This document shows, one piece after another, positions 18,598-29,019 of a DNA stretch of 64,000 nt. The number at the start of each line of letters is the position of its first letter. The first letter of the stretch is position 1. Below the pieces are notes generated by a model, which saw nothing but the letters and a program-made list of their open reading frames with translations, was not told the DNA's origin and made no database searches. A program made the translations under genes and the position numbers. The stretch is taken from NCBI GenBank assembly GCA_963767925.1, contig CAVYGB010000002.1:1888001-1952000 (forward strand), in the 5' to 3' direction. The DNA is from an uncultured delta proteobacterium (GTDB lineage: Bacteria > Myxococcota_A > Polyangia > Fen-1088).

Positions 18598-19958
18598 AGC
18601 TCCTCCGGAACCTGAGCCTCGGTAAGGCCAACCCCAGCCGCCGCCAGCTCCTCAAGGCCCTCGGCCTCAGCGCGGCGGCCTACCCTCTGATGCCCACCCT
18701 CAACGGCTGGGCCCAGGAGGGCAGCCAGCCGCTGCGCCTGCTGCTGACCTTCACCTCCTCCGGGGTGGTGCCCGAGCAGTGGTACCCCACCGGCAGCGAG
18801 ACCGCCTTCAACTTCCCGGCGGGCGGCAGCACCGAGCCGTTCAACAAGCACAAGGCCGACATGATCTTCTTCCGCGGCCTCAAGCGGGGGGCGGCGGGCG
18901 GCGGCGGCCACGAGGCCTCGACCGGCGGCGTCTGGACCGGCAACTCCTGCGTGAGCAGCGTGGCCCAGGCCCCCTCGGTCGACCAGATCATCGCCAAGGC
19001 CATCCCGAAGGCGACCGACTTTCAGAGCTACCAGTTCGGGGTGCACTGCTTTTACGCGGCGGAGGGGGACATCGCCTCCAAGCGCAAGAACAACAACCCG
19101 TACATCATCCACGCCGGCAAGGCCCAGAAGATCGAGTCGCAGTGTGACCCCTACAAGGTCTACGACCAGCTCTTCGCCGGCATCAACATGGGCGGCGTTG
19201 GCGACACCATGAACATGGACCGCCTGCGCGCCGAGAAGCGCAGCGTGCTCGACGCCCTCAAGGGCGAGTTCAGCGACCTCGAGGTCAAGGTGGCCCGCGA
19301 GGACAAGCTGAAGATCGCCTCGCACCTCGAGTCGGTGCGCGAGATCGAGCGCCGGCTCGACAGCGCAGGGCCGCGCATGATCGGCGCCATCCCCCGTCCC
19401 CAGGGCGGCATCGCGCTCGACCGCTCGGCGAACTATCCGCAGCTCATCGGCGTCATGAACCGGATGGTGGTGGCGGCCCTGGCCTCCGACCGCACCCGGA
19501 TCGCCTCGCTGCAGCTCTCCCGCGGCTTCAGCCAGATCCTGCACTCCTGGGTGGGCGCCCGCGAGGACCACCACACCATGTCGCACAAGGAAGGCGAGAA
19601 GGCCACCCTGGCCAAGATCCAGGGCTGGTATTGCCAGCGCTTCTCCGAGCTGTTCGACCTGATGAAGGCGGTCCCCGAAGGCAACGGGACCCTGCTCGAC
19701 CACACGCTGGTCGCGTATTCGAACGAGCTGGCGCTGGGCTGGACCCACGGGGTCGATCCGGCGGCGACCTACTGGGTGACCGGTGCCCAGGGCCGCTTCG
19801 GAGGCAAGCTCAAGTCCTCCGGGCGCTTCCTCGATTACAGCAACCAGTTCGACTACAACCAGATGCTGCAGACCATGTGTCATCTCATGGGCGCCACCAG
19901 CGTCACCAAGGTCGGCGACTTCGGCAAACCCGGAATCATCGCCCCCTTGCTGGCCTGA
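18594..19958 (+). CDS. DUF1552-domain protein (Tat signal)
   Basis: ATGA overlap with upstream gene; SRRQLLK, SVDQIIA, RSVLD, HLESVREIERRL, HHTMSH, GTLLD.T. Confidence 0.88.
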   Translation: MKLLRNLSLGKANPSRRQLLKALGLSAAAYPLMPTLNGWAQEGSQPLRLLLTFTSSGVVPEQWYPTGSETAFNFPAGGSTEPFNKHKADMIFFRGLKRGAAGGGGHEASTGGVWTGNSCVSSVAQAPSVDQIIAKAIPKATDFQSYQFGVHCFYAAEGDIASKRKNNNPYIIHAGKAQKIESQCDPYKVYDQLFAGINMGGVGDTMNMDRLRAEKRSVLDALKGEFSDLEVKVAREDKLKIASHLESVREIERRLDSAGPRMIGAIPRPQGGIALDRSANYPQLIGVMNRMVVAALASDRTRIASLQLSRGFSQILHSWVGAREDHHTMSHKEGEKATLAKIQGWYCQRFSELFDLMKAVPEGNGTLLDHTLVAYSNELALGWTHGVDPAATYWVTGAQGRFGGKLKSSGRFLDYSNQFDYNQMLQTMCHLMGATSVTKVGDFGKPGIIAPLLA

Positions 19959-19994
19959 TCGGGCAGCAGGACCGGCTCGGTCACGCCCCCATTG

Positions 19995-20132
19995 CCCGTT
20001 TGCCCTCGCCCCGCGGCCGTCTGCGGACGTGGGGCGAGGGACGGGTGAGGGGGCGGTTGCCTCGCCGGAGGCCCCTCACCGGTCGCACAGACGCGCCGAC
20101 CTCTCCCCACGGCAGACCGCGGGGGGAGGTGA
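19995..20132. repeat. About 140-bp composite REP element (reverse orientation)
   Basis: Near reverse complement of 26719-26881 and 28818-28938; lies between convergent genes. Confidence 0.8.
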
Positions 20133-20148
20133 GGCGGCCCGGGATCGA

Positions 20149-21564
20149 CTATCGGGTGGGATCGGCGACGCGGCCCATGAACAGGATCGCGCCGGTGGGC
20201 GCGTCGCGGACGAAGAAGAGGAAGGGGCGGTCGACGTTGATCGGCAGGCCCTGGGGGATGCTGGTGATGCCGCCGACCACGCCGGTGGCCGCCGCTGCCT
20301 CGGTGCCCTTCTCGCCGACGGCGATGAAGGCCTTGTGCTGGACCGCCTGCAAGTACAGCCGGGCCTGGGCGTTGATGCCGGAGAAGTCGGCGGCCGAGGT
20401 GAACGCCAGCGGCATGCCCAGGGCGGAGAGGGCCGGGGCCAGCGCGGTGGCGGTCTCGAACCGGAAGCGGGGCAGGCCGAGGAGGACCTTGGTCTCCTCG
20501 AGGGCGCTGGTCACCGCGTCGAGGCCGTCACGCGCCAGGCGCGCCTCGACCTCGGCCAGCTTGCCGGCGTCGGGAAGCACGACAAGCATGCTCAGGCGCT
20601 CGTCCTGGTAGGGCAGGGCGACGGCGACCAGGCCGGGCAGGGTGGCGGCCGGTACCCGGGGCTCGCTGCGCATGGTGGGCACCCGGACGGTGCGCCCGTC
20701 GAGCAGGGTGAAGGTGCCGTCGGAGGTCTTGCCGGGCTCGAAGGGGAGCTTCCAGGCGGCGTTGAAGTAGACCGCGTTGGTCAGCACGAAGCGGGTGGCG
20801 CCATCGAGCACGCCGGGCGGGAGGAGGTCCTTGATGCGGTCTTCCGTCTTCTCCTCGACCCAGCGGTTGATGGCCAGGCGCGAGGTCTCGGTGGCGCCGA
20901 CGAAGTCGAGCAGCTTCACCCCGGCGCCGTAGCTCTCGGCGAGGGTGTCGAGGAAGGTGGTGTCCATGGCGAATCCCTGCTGGGCCCAGGTTGCGTTCAC
21001 GATGTTCAGCCGGAAGGCCTTGCCATCGGCGCCCTGGGTCCCCTGGCCGCGGGTGTCGAGCGCCGCGGTGAGGTCGTTCATCGCCGGGTGCAGCCGGGCC
21101 TGGGGCAGGCCGAAGCGGAGGGCGGTGGACACCTGCGACTCGGTGGTCCCGCGCGCGCCCGCGAAGGTCATCGCCAGCGCGGTCGAGATGCTGGTCGGCG
21201 AGAACACCAGGTTGGGGTTGTCCCCCTCGATCTGCCCGTAGAGGGCCAGGGCGAAGGCGGCGTTGCCCTCGGCGAGGGTACGCCGGTCCGCCTCGCTCAC
21301 GCCGGGGGCCGCGTCGCGGGCCTTCTGCGAGCGCGCCTCGGCCAGCACCTCGCCCCCGGGGGGCGGCGGCGCGGGCGGCGTGCCAGGCGGCTGGGCGGGC
21401 GGGTTGCCCGGGGCTGGAGGCGCGCCCGGCGGGCTCACCGGCGGCGGCGCGGGGCTCGGGCCCCCGGCCTCGTCACAGGCGGCCCCCGTGAGGGCCAGGG
21501 CGAGGGCCAGGGCCGACCCGGCAACAACTCGTGAGGACAGGCGCTCGTCGCGAAGGTAAGGCAT
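20149..21564 (-). CDS. Serpin-family lipoprotein
   Basis: NLVFSP.SI, IN.WV...T..RI, LTNAVYF...W..PF, hinge EKGTEAAAAT, DRPFLF, ILFMGRV.DP; lipobox-like TGAAC. Confidence 0.93.
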   Translation of the reverse strand: MPYLRDERLSSRVVAGSALALALALTGAACDEAGGPSPAPPPVSPPGAPPAPGNPPAQPPGTPPAPPPPGGEVLAEARSQKARDAAPGVSEADRRTLAEGNAAFALALYGQIEGDNPNLVFSPTSISTALAMTFAGARGTTESQVSTALRFGLPQARLHPAMNDLTAALDTRGQGTQGADGKAFRLNIVNATWAQQGFAMDTTFLDTLAESYGAGVKLLDFVGATETSRLAINRWVEEKTEDRIKDLLPPGVLDGATRFVLTNAVYFNAAWKLPFEPGKTSDGTFTLLDGRTVRVPTMRSEPRVPAATLPGLVAVALPYQDERLSMLVVLPDAGKLAEVEARLARDGLDAVTSALEETKVLLGLPRFRFETATALAPALSALGMPLAFTSAADFSGINAQARLYLQAVQHKAFIAVGEKGTEAAAATGVVGGITSIPQGLPINVDRPFLFFVRDAPTGAILFMGRVADPTR

Positions 21565-21578
21565 GGCCGCGCAAGGCA

Positions 21579-21593
21579 GCAAAGCGGGTGCCA
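21579..21593 (-). promoter_or_regulatory. Sigma-54 promoter of the serpin gene
   Basis: Minus strand TGGCAC-CCGCT-TTGC, an exact -24/-12 consensus ending 15 nt before ATG 21564. Confidence 0.7.
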
Positions 21594-21726
21594 CGCACGC
21601 TCACCTTGCCTCCTTTCAAACTACCCGACGCACCGGGGGCCGGCAATCACCCGCCCCTCGAATTCCCGACACCGGCCACGGATCTCCGCGGCGAGTCGCT
21701 GGCGCGCGCCCGCGCTCCCCGGCGCG

Positions 21727-22725
21727 TCAGCGGGTAGCGAACGTCCACTCGAGCCGGATCGGCCAGCCCGCCTGGCGCCCCACCAGGCGCACGACGTACG
21801 CCGTCGCCGGCTCGAGCGGCGCGTGGGAATACATCACCGTCTCCCGCTGCAGGATCCCCTGCGCCGCCGGCATGCCGGGGGTGATCCAGACGTGGGGCAC
21901 GGGCAACATCTTGGCGTCGAGCAGCTCGTGCGAGTCGACCTCGAGGTCGTCGGCGTAGATGATGATCGGGTAGCCGCTGGGCCACCCCGCCGGCGGCACC
22001 GGTAGCCGCGGCGACTCGATCCGCCCGTCGAACGCCAGGGGCACGTCGGTCTGGCCGTTGTACGGATAGGTCACCGGACCGTCGGGCCGGGCCGCCGAGC
22101 CCCACCCGAAGTTCATGGTGTCGCAGCGGGGGCCGCCGCCGTAGCCGAGGTCGCTCACCCAGGGGCTCATCACCGGGATCCGGTGCCACACCGAATCGAC
22201 CCACAGGTCCACCGCGCGCGCCCCGTCGCCGACGTAGGCCATCGCCTCGTAGGCCGGCGGCCCCTCGTAGCCCGAGCGGTACATGCGGTCGCCGAAGCGC
22301 TCGGAGAGGAACCCCCGGCAGCCCCAGCGCTGTCCGTGGGGATCGTCGGTGCAGGTCCCGCGGTTGACGTTGGAGATGTAATACGCGCAGTGGGCGGAGG
22401 CGGCCGCCGCGATCTCCGGCACGAAGTTCATGCAGGGCAGGCGCACCCGGCGGCGGTACGAGTTCACGCGATCGTAGGCCGCCTCGGCGCGGGGGTCGGT
22501 GGCCAGCGCCCGCGGGCAGGTGGTGGTGCCCGCCGGCAGATCGTTGTCCAGCCACTCGTCGAGGTCGGCCAGCGGCGGCGGCAGCCCCTGGTGAAAGCGC
22601 CACACGGCCGGCGGCACCTGGCAGGCGGCGCCGCTGCCCGCGAGGACGAGCGCGAGGATCAGGCCCGTGGTCTCCCGCCGTGGAAAAATCAATGCGCTTC
22701 CACTCGGAGAAAACACGCGGCGCAA
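21727..22725 (-). CDS. CAP/SCP-domain lipoprotein
   Basis: N.YRR...LP, AA.AH..Y, AVDLW.DSVWHR..., DLGYG. Confidence 0.75.
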   Translation of the reverse strand: MRRVFSPSGSALIFPRRETTGLILALVLAGSGAACQVPPAVWRFHQGLPPPLADLDEWLDNDLPAGTTTCPRALATDPRAEAAYDRVNSYRRRVRLPCMNFVPEIAAAASAHCAYYISNVNRGTCTDDPHGQRWGCRGFLSERFGDRMYRSGYEGPPAYEAMAYVGDGARAVDLWVDSVWHRIPVMSPWVSDLGYGGGPRCDTMNFGWGSAARPDGPVTYPYNGQTDVPLAFDGRIESPRLPVPPAGWPSGYPIIIYADDLEVDSHELLDAKMLPVPHVWITPGMPAAQGILQRETVMYSHAPLEPATAYVVRLVGRQAGWPIRLEWTFATR

Positions 22726-22918
22726 GGTACCAGTGTTTTTACTTAGTAGGCGTAAAACTTATGAACACCTACACATCGCCCCGCAGCGAAATTCGCCGTG
22801 GAAATGGGGCGCCCTGCCCGGCGGGATGGACGACGCAACCGGACTGGCTCGATAGGCAGGCTGAGCGCGCGTCCCACTTCGCGCTCGGCCGGGGCCTCGA
22901 CCCGGGCTGGGCCGGCGC

Positions 22919-23100
22919 CCCCTCACCCCAACCCTCTCCCCGCTCCGCGGAGCTCCGCGGGGCGAGGGCGAACGGTCAGCGAGGGGCCGGCATCATCTCG
23001 GAAGTGGTCGCAACGGTTCGTTCACCTGGCAGGGGATCGAGGCGACTCGCCAGGTGTTCGCCCTCGCCCCGCGAAGCCGGGAGAGGGTGGAGGTGAGGGG
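22919..23100. repeat. Inverted REP doublet with unique spacer
   Basis: CCCCTCACCCCAACCCTCTCCCC...GGGGCGAGGGCGAAC and GTTCGCCCTCGCCCC...GGGAGAGGGTGGAGGTGAGGGG. Confidence 0.75.
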
Positions 23101-23162
23101 TCCGCCGGCGTGTTCGCTCGGTGCTCCAGTATTCCGAACCGGATGGTCGACCCCGCGGGCCC

Positions 23163-23365
23163 TCAGCGCGCGCTGCCGGTGGCCGGTAGCGCGAGGTGGA
23201 AGGTGGCGCCGGCGTCGGGGTTGGCGGTGGCCCAGAGCTGGCCGCCGTGGCGCTCGACGATGGCGCGGCTGATCGAGAGGCCCATGCCGAGGCCGCCCGG
23301 CTTGGTTGTGTGGAAGGCCTCGAACAGGCGGGAGGGGAAATTTCAGCGCCGATGCCGGCGATCCT
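23163..23365 (-). pseudogene. C-terminal remnant of a sensor histidine kinase (HATPase_c)
   Basis: Minus strand reads [34 protein letters not shown]...[13 protein letters not shown]; in-frame stop just upstream, no start or HisKA domain. Confidence 0.8.
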
Positions 23366-23478
23366 GGCGCCGGTGGCGCGCCCGGACCGCGACGCCGCCC
23401 CCGGTTTCGGGCCCGATCCGGCGCGGGGCGGGCGCGTTTGCTTGCCCCACCGCGCGCGGGCCATCTTAAGCTGCCGCC

Positions 23479-24156
23479 ATGTCGGAACAGGAACCCTGGC
23501 TGGACGAGCCCACGCGCGAACCGGAGCCGGTGGTCCTGGTGGTGGACGACGACGCCTCGGTGCGGGACAGCCTGCGCCGGCTGTTCACCTCCGAGGGGCT
23601 GGCGGTGCGGGCTTATCCCAGCGCGCACGCCTTCCTCGCCGCCCGTCCCGGCACGGGGCCCACCTGCCTGGTGCTCGACGTCCACCTGCCCGATCTCAGC
23701 GGCCTCGACCTGCAGGCCCGCCTGGCCGGCACCGACACGCCGCCGCCCATCGTGTTTCTGGCCGGCCGCGGGGACATCCCCATGACCGTCAAGGCGATCA
23801 AGGCGGGCGCGGTCGAGTTCCTGACCAAGCCCTACCGGCCCGAGGAGCTGGTCGCCGCCGTTCGCCACGGGCTGGCCCAGGACGGGGCCCAGCGCCAGGA
23901 CCGGCGCGAACGCCTCGTCATCACCCAGCGCTACCAGTCGCTGACCGCGCGCGAGCAAGGGGTGATGGCCGGCGTGGTGCGGGGGCTGCTCAACAAGCAG
24001 ATCGCCTCGGAGTTCGGCACCAAGGAGGCGACGGTGAAGGAGCAGCGGGCCCAGATGATGCGCAAGATGGTGGCGGGCTCGCTGCCCGAGCTGGTCCGGA
24101 TGGCCAGCCGCCTGGGCCTGCCCGCCGTCCACCGCCCTTCGCTCCCCCGAGGATGA
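23479..24156 (+). CDS. FixJ/NodW-type response regulator (REC + LuxR HTH)
   Basis: VVDDD, CLVLDV.LP..SG, GAVEFLTKP, LTARE..V...VV.GLLNKQIA. Confidence 0.92.
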   Translation: MSEQEPWLDEPTREPEPVVLVVDDDASVRDSLRRLFTSEGLAVRAYPSAHAFLAARPGTGPTCLVLDVHLPDLSGLDLQARLAGTDTPPPIVFLAGRGDIPMTVKAIKAGAVEFLTKPYRPEELVAAVRHGLAQDGAQRQDRRERLVITQRYQSLTAREQGVMAGVVRGLLNKQIASEFGTKEATVKEQRAQMMRKMVAGSLPELVRMASRLGLPAVHRPSLPRG

Positions 24157-24267
24157 CAGGTGACCGATGACGGTTCGATGACAGGTCGGTTTCCGATTCG
24201 TTACCGGGCGACCGTCCCTTCCAAGGTCGGGTAGACGGTTCGTGCCGGGCGCCGATACGGTCGCCCC

Positions 24268-25281
<1,014 letters not shown>

Positions 25282-25339
25282 ACCGCGAAACCCCGGTCGG
25301 CCGTGGCGCCAGCCGGGGCCAGGGCGGGGGCCGCCGGGC

Positions 25340-25981
25340 TCAGCGGATGGGATCGCCGGTGCTGTATGAACCGAGCGAGCCACTGGGGGTCACGCGCACC
25401 GAGCCCCAGTCGAAGCCCGAACGGTTGAAGGCGCCGGCGTCACTCACCCAGCGCTTGACCCCGTTCTCGAAGAAGAAGATGCGCGGGTCGCCCCGCTCGC
25501 GCAGCAGGGCCCGATCGGGCGGCCGATCGGCGAGGTGGTCCATCGCCCCCACCGGCACCTCGATGACCTGCTCGGTCTTGAAGCCCAGCTCGCGCAGCTC
25601 CTTCTCCCCGGCCACCTGGAAGCGGGTGCCCTTCTGGACGACGAAGATCTTGTCCGACCCCGCCTCCCGGAACAGGAACCCGTCCTGCTTGGCCTGCTGG
25701 CGCAGGCTCTCGGCCTTGCGCAACCCTTGCAGGAACTCGGGATCGAACCGGGGCGCCGCCCGCGACTTCCCCGCCCTGGCCAGCCAGGCCGGCGGCGCCG
25801 CTGGGGGGGAGGGCGAGTCCGCAGGGGCGGGGCGCTCCGCTTCGGGTGGCGCCGGGACATAAGCCACCGGCTCGACCTCGGCCGCCGGCGGCTCCTTGCC
25901 GAGCAGCTTGAAGATGAAACTCCCCAGCAGCCCCAGCACCCCCAGCGCAACAACGGAGAAAACAACGACCGTCGGTCGCAT
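25340..25981 (-). CDS. Hypothetical membrane-anchored protein with a duplicated domain
   Basis: N-terminal TM; two similar segments FLFREAGSDKIFVVQKG and ALLRERGDPRIFFFENG. Confidence 0.7.
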   Translation of the reverse strand: MRPTVVVFSVVALGVLGLLGSFIFKLLGKEPPAAEVEPVAYVPAPPEAERPAPADSPSPPAAPPAWLARAGKSRAAPRFDPEFLQGLRKAESLRQQAKQDGFLFREAGSDKIFVVQKGTRFQVAGEKELRELGFKTEQVIEVPVGAMDHLADRPPDRALLRERGDPRIFFFENGVKRWVSDAGAFNRSGFDWGSVRVTPSGSLGSYSTGDPIR

Positions 25982-26305
25982 ACGCGTCAGGTATCCTTCA
26001 TCGGCGGCGTTTTTCCAGGCTCGCGGCGGCGCGCGCGCCCTGCGATCGGCGCCGCCCCGACACCGTCCCCGAGGAGTCCGACGGACCGCGGGGCCGCCGT
26101 GTTCAGCTCGCTCGAGCCCATGTTCCCGTACATCTCTGCCACAGGTGACCGCAGCGTGTTCGTAAATGTGGCGGACCCGAACGCCGAGCGCCAGACCACC
26201 GCGACGCTGCCCGGCGGCTACCACGGCGGCCAGCGTCGAAGACCCCGCAGCCAGGGCTGATCGCCGGACAGGGAGCCGGGGCGTCACCTCTCCCGGCGGG
26301 TCGCC

Positions 26306-26612
26306 GGGGGCGATGACGTCTGCGGGGAGGGCGGGGGCGATGACCTCTGCGGGGAGGGCGGGGGCGATGACCTCTGCGGGGAGGGCGCGGGGGCGATGAC
26401 CTCTGCGGGGAGGGCGCGGGGGCGATGACCTCTGCGGGAAGGAGCCGGGCGATGACGTCTGCGGGAGGGAGCCGGGCGATGACGTCTGCGGGAGGGAGCC
26501 GGGCGATGACGTCTGCGGGAAGGAGCCGGGCGATGACGTCTGCGGGAAGGAGCCGGGCGATGACGTCTGCGGGAGGGAGCCGGGCGATGACGTCTGCGGG
26601 AGGGAGCCGGGG
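26306..26612. repeat. Tandem array, 11 copies of a 27-29 bp unit
   Basis: Unit GGGCGATGAC(G/C)TCTGCGGGA(G/A)GGAGCC; CGATGAC starts at 26311, 26338, 26365, 26394, 26423, 26450, 26477, 26504, 26531, 26558, 26585. Confidence 0.95.
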
Positions 26613-26718
26613 CATCACTCGCTGGGGGGAGCCGGGGCACCTCGCTGGGGGGGAGCCGGGCGATAATTCTCCGGCGGGGCGACCCGCCGGTCACCTCGCA
26701 GGCAGGGCGCCCATCTCT

Positions 26719-26881
26719 TCACCTCTCCCCGCGGTCTGCCGTGGGGAGAGGTCGGCGCGTCTGCGCGCCGGGTGAGGGGCCTCCGGCGAGGCAACCGCCC
26801 CTCATCCTCGCCCACTACCCCCGGCCGCAGACGGCCCACTACCCCCAGCCGCAGACGGCCGCGGGGAGAGGGCAAACGGGC
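26719..26881. repeat. Composite REP element with an internal 24-bp duplication
   Basis: CCTCTCCCCGCGGTCTGCCGTGGGGAGAGGTCGGCGCGTCTGCGCG...GGCAACCGCCCCTCA...; CCCACTACCCCC(G/A)GCCGCAGACGG occurs twice. Confidence 0.8.
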
Positions 26882-27029
26882 AGGGGCTGCCAGGCTGAAC
26901 GGCGCTGCCGCCCGCGCGCTGTGGCGGCATTGTCGGATCTTGCGTCGGTATTTCTGGGCGGGGGGGAGCTACGATGGCGGTCGCTGCATGCTGGGAACAC
27001 GTCTGGTTCGTCGCTGTCCTGTCGGTGTG

Positions 27030-27980
27030 TCACGAAACGACACGCCTGGGTCGTGCTGGTCCTGGCGACGGTGATGGCGGGCGGGGGGCGGGCCCCGGTT
27101 GCCCGGGCGGCGGAGCCGGCCGAGGTGGAGGCCCTCATCCGGCAGGGAGTCGAGCTGCGTCGGCAGAACCGGAACGCGGCGGCCCCGACCTACCTCCAGA
27201 AGGCCTACGACCTGCAGCGCTCGCCCCGCACCGCCGCGCAGCTCGGGATGGTCGAGGCGGCGCTTGGGTACTGGCTGGCGTCGGAGCGGCACCTGCAGGA
27301 GGCGATGGAGTCGCCCCGGCACCCCTGGGTGGCCGAGAACCGCGCGCAGATCGAGGGCGCCTTCGACAGCGTCCGCGGGTTCATCGGCGAGATCATCGTG
27401 GTCGGCGCGCCGGCGGGGGCGGAGGTGGTGGCCAACGGCCAGCCGGCGGGGCGCCTGCCGGGGCCCATCGCGATCCGCCTGGGCGAAGGAACGGTGAAGC
27501 TGGGGGCCGAGTCGGCGGGCCACCTCCGGGCGGAGCGAACCGTGAGGGGGGTGGGGGGCGAGCGCTACCGCGTGCGCTTCAATCTGGAGAGGCCGACGGC
27601 CTCTCCCCCGCCGGCGCGACCGTGCCGAGCCTCGCCGAGCCCACCTCGCCGTTTGCCCGGCGGCGGGTGCCCGGGTCGCCGTCCGCCTCCGCGCCGGCGC
27701 TTCCGGCGGTCCCGCCGGTGGCGGTCCAGCACCCGCCGGCGCCGCTCGATCCCGGCCCGGGCCCGGGCACGCCCCTCGACGAGGCGCCGCCCGCGCTGAA
27801 GGGCGCCTCACCTCCGCCGGCGCGCTGGATCCGGCCGTTCGCCTGGGCCACCGCGGTGGCGGCGGTGCTCGCGCTGTCGGCGGGGACCTACGGCGTGCTC
27901 AGCCAGCGGCAGAAGCGCGACGCGTTCGACGACCACACGGTCAATGGCCAGCGCGTGTGCCGCACCGACGCGCCCGGACC
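27030..27980 (+). pseudogene. Frameshifted, truncated TPR/PEGA-type secreted protein gene
   Basis: LIRQGVELRR...AY....PRTAAQLG..E.ALG.W..SE.HL, PAGAEV..NG...G.LP; frame change at C5 run 27605-27609; TM segment continues in another frame, then breaks off. Confidence 0.7.
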
Positions 27981-28592
27981 AATCCGGGCGAGCCGGTCCC
28001 CCCTGCGGCGGTTGACGCCGCCGAGTCGGACGCCGTTCGTCTCCGATCGAGGACGCCGGCTCCCCCGACGGGCCGTTGCCTCCACCGGCGAGCACCTGCG
28101 AGAGCGGGCGGCTCTGTGGCACCGCCTGCATCGCGGACGACAAGCCCTGCGGCGTGACGTGCAACCCCGATCGGCTGCTGTGCCGGGGCGGGTGCGTCCT
28201 GCGCAGCAGCCTCGAGCCAGAGACCTGCGACGGCACCGACAACCTACGCCCTGGCCAGCGGCTACGTGGAGATGGCCACCGTGGGCCACGCCGAGAAAAT
28301 CGAGCAGCCCGGCACCACCGCCCTGCGCTGCTTCTTCAAGAGCTTCAACCCCGGCATCGACATCGCCCTGACCACCTCCGCCGTCTCCCTCCCCGCCGAC
28401 TACGTCCCCTGCGACATCGAGGAGAAGGGCAACCTCGAAGCCTACGTCTACAAGGACCCCCGCCCCGGCCTCATCCCCCTGCGCCTCTATTTCAACGACA
28501 GCCTCATCGACTACCACGTCGACATCGGCGACGTGGTCCCCGAATACGGCCCCGGCATCATCCTCGGCTACGTCTTCTCCCGCCCCCGCTAG
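27981..28592 (+). pseudogene. Fragments of a Cys-rich secreted protein gene
   Basis: Asp/Ala linker, CESGRLCGTAC...ETCDGTDN and a high-GC3 tail (28266-28592) lie in different frames. Confidence 0.5.
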
Positions 28593-28817
28593 CGCCGAGC
28601 AGGCCGTTGCCGAGAAAGGCGCCCTCCTCCCAGCGGGTGGGCGGACGCCGCCGGACCAGATCCTGGCGCGCGAGGAAAGCGGGCCAGTCGACGGTCGGAC
28701 GAGGCCCGGGTGGCGGGCTGGCGGGGGAGCGTGGTGACGGAGCCCGGCCAATCCACGGCTAGCAACAATGCTGGTGGGCGAAGAGATTTCGCCCTCTCGC
28801 AAGAACGAGCGAAATCG

Positions 28818-28938
28818 CCTCTGCCCGCGGTCTGCCGCGGGGGAGAGGTCGGCGCGTCTGCGCGCAGGGTGAGGAGCCTCCGGCGTGGCAACCGCCCCTC
28901 ACCCTGCCCTCTCCCCACGGCGGACCGCGGGGAGAGGG
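28818..28938. repeat. Composite REP element, same orientation as the 26719 copy
   Basis: CCGCGGTCTGCCGCGGGGGAGAGGTCGGCGCGTCTGCGCG...GGCAACCGCCCCTCACCCTGCCCTCTCCCC...GGGGAGAGGG. Confidence 0.8.
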
Positions 28939-29019
28939 TTTACAGACTGACCGAAGGGGATGGGCGACCACGCCACGGCCAATCCCGCCGGCATCTTCCG
29001 AGAGAGAGGCCGTCGGGGG

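Noticed and set aside
26306..26612. CRISPR array
   Set aside because: Units are contiguous with no unique spacers and no cas genes are present; it is a tandem repeat
26103..26775. Repeat-protein ORFs (ARLPPADVI or MTSAGRSRA repeats)
   Set aside because: Translations of the tandem array; the 29-bp units break the frame
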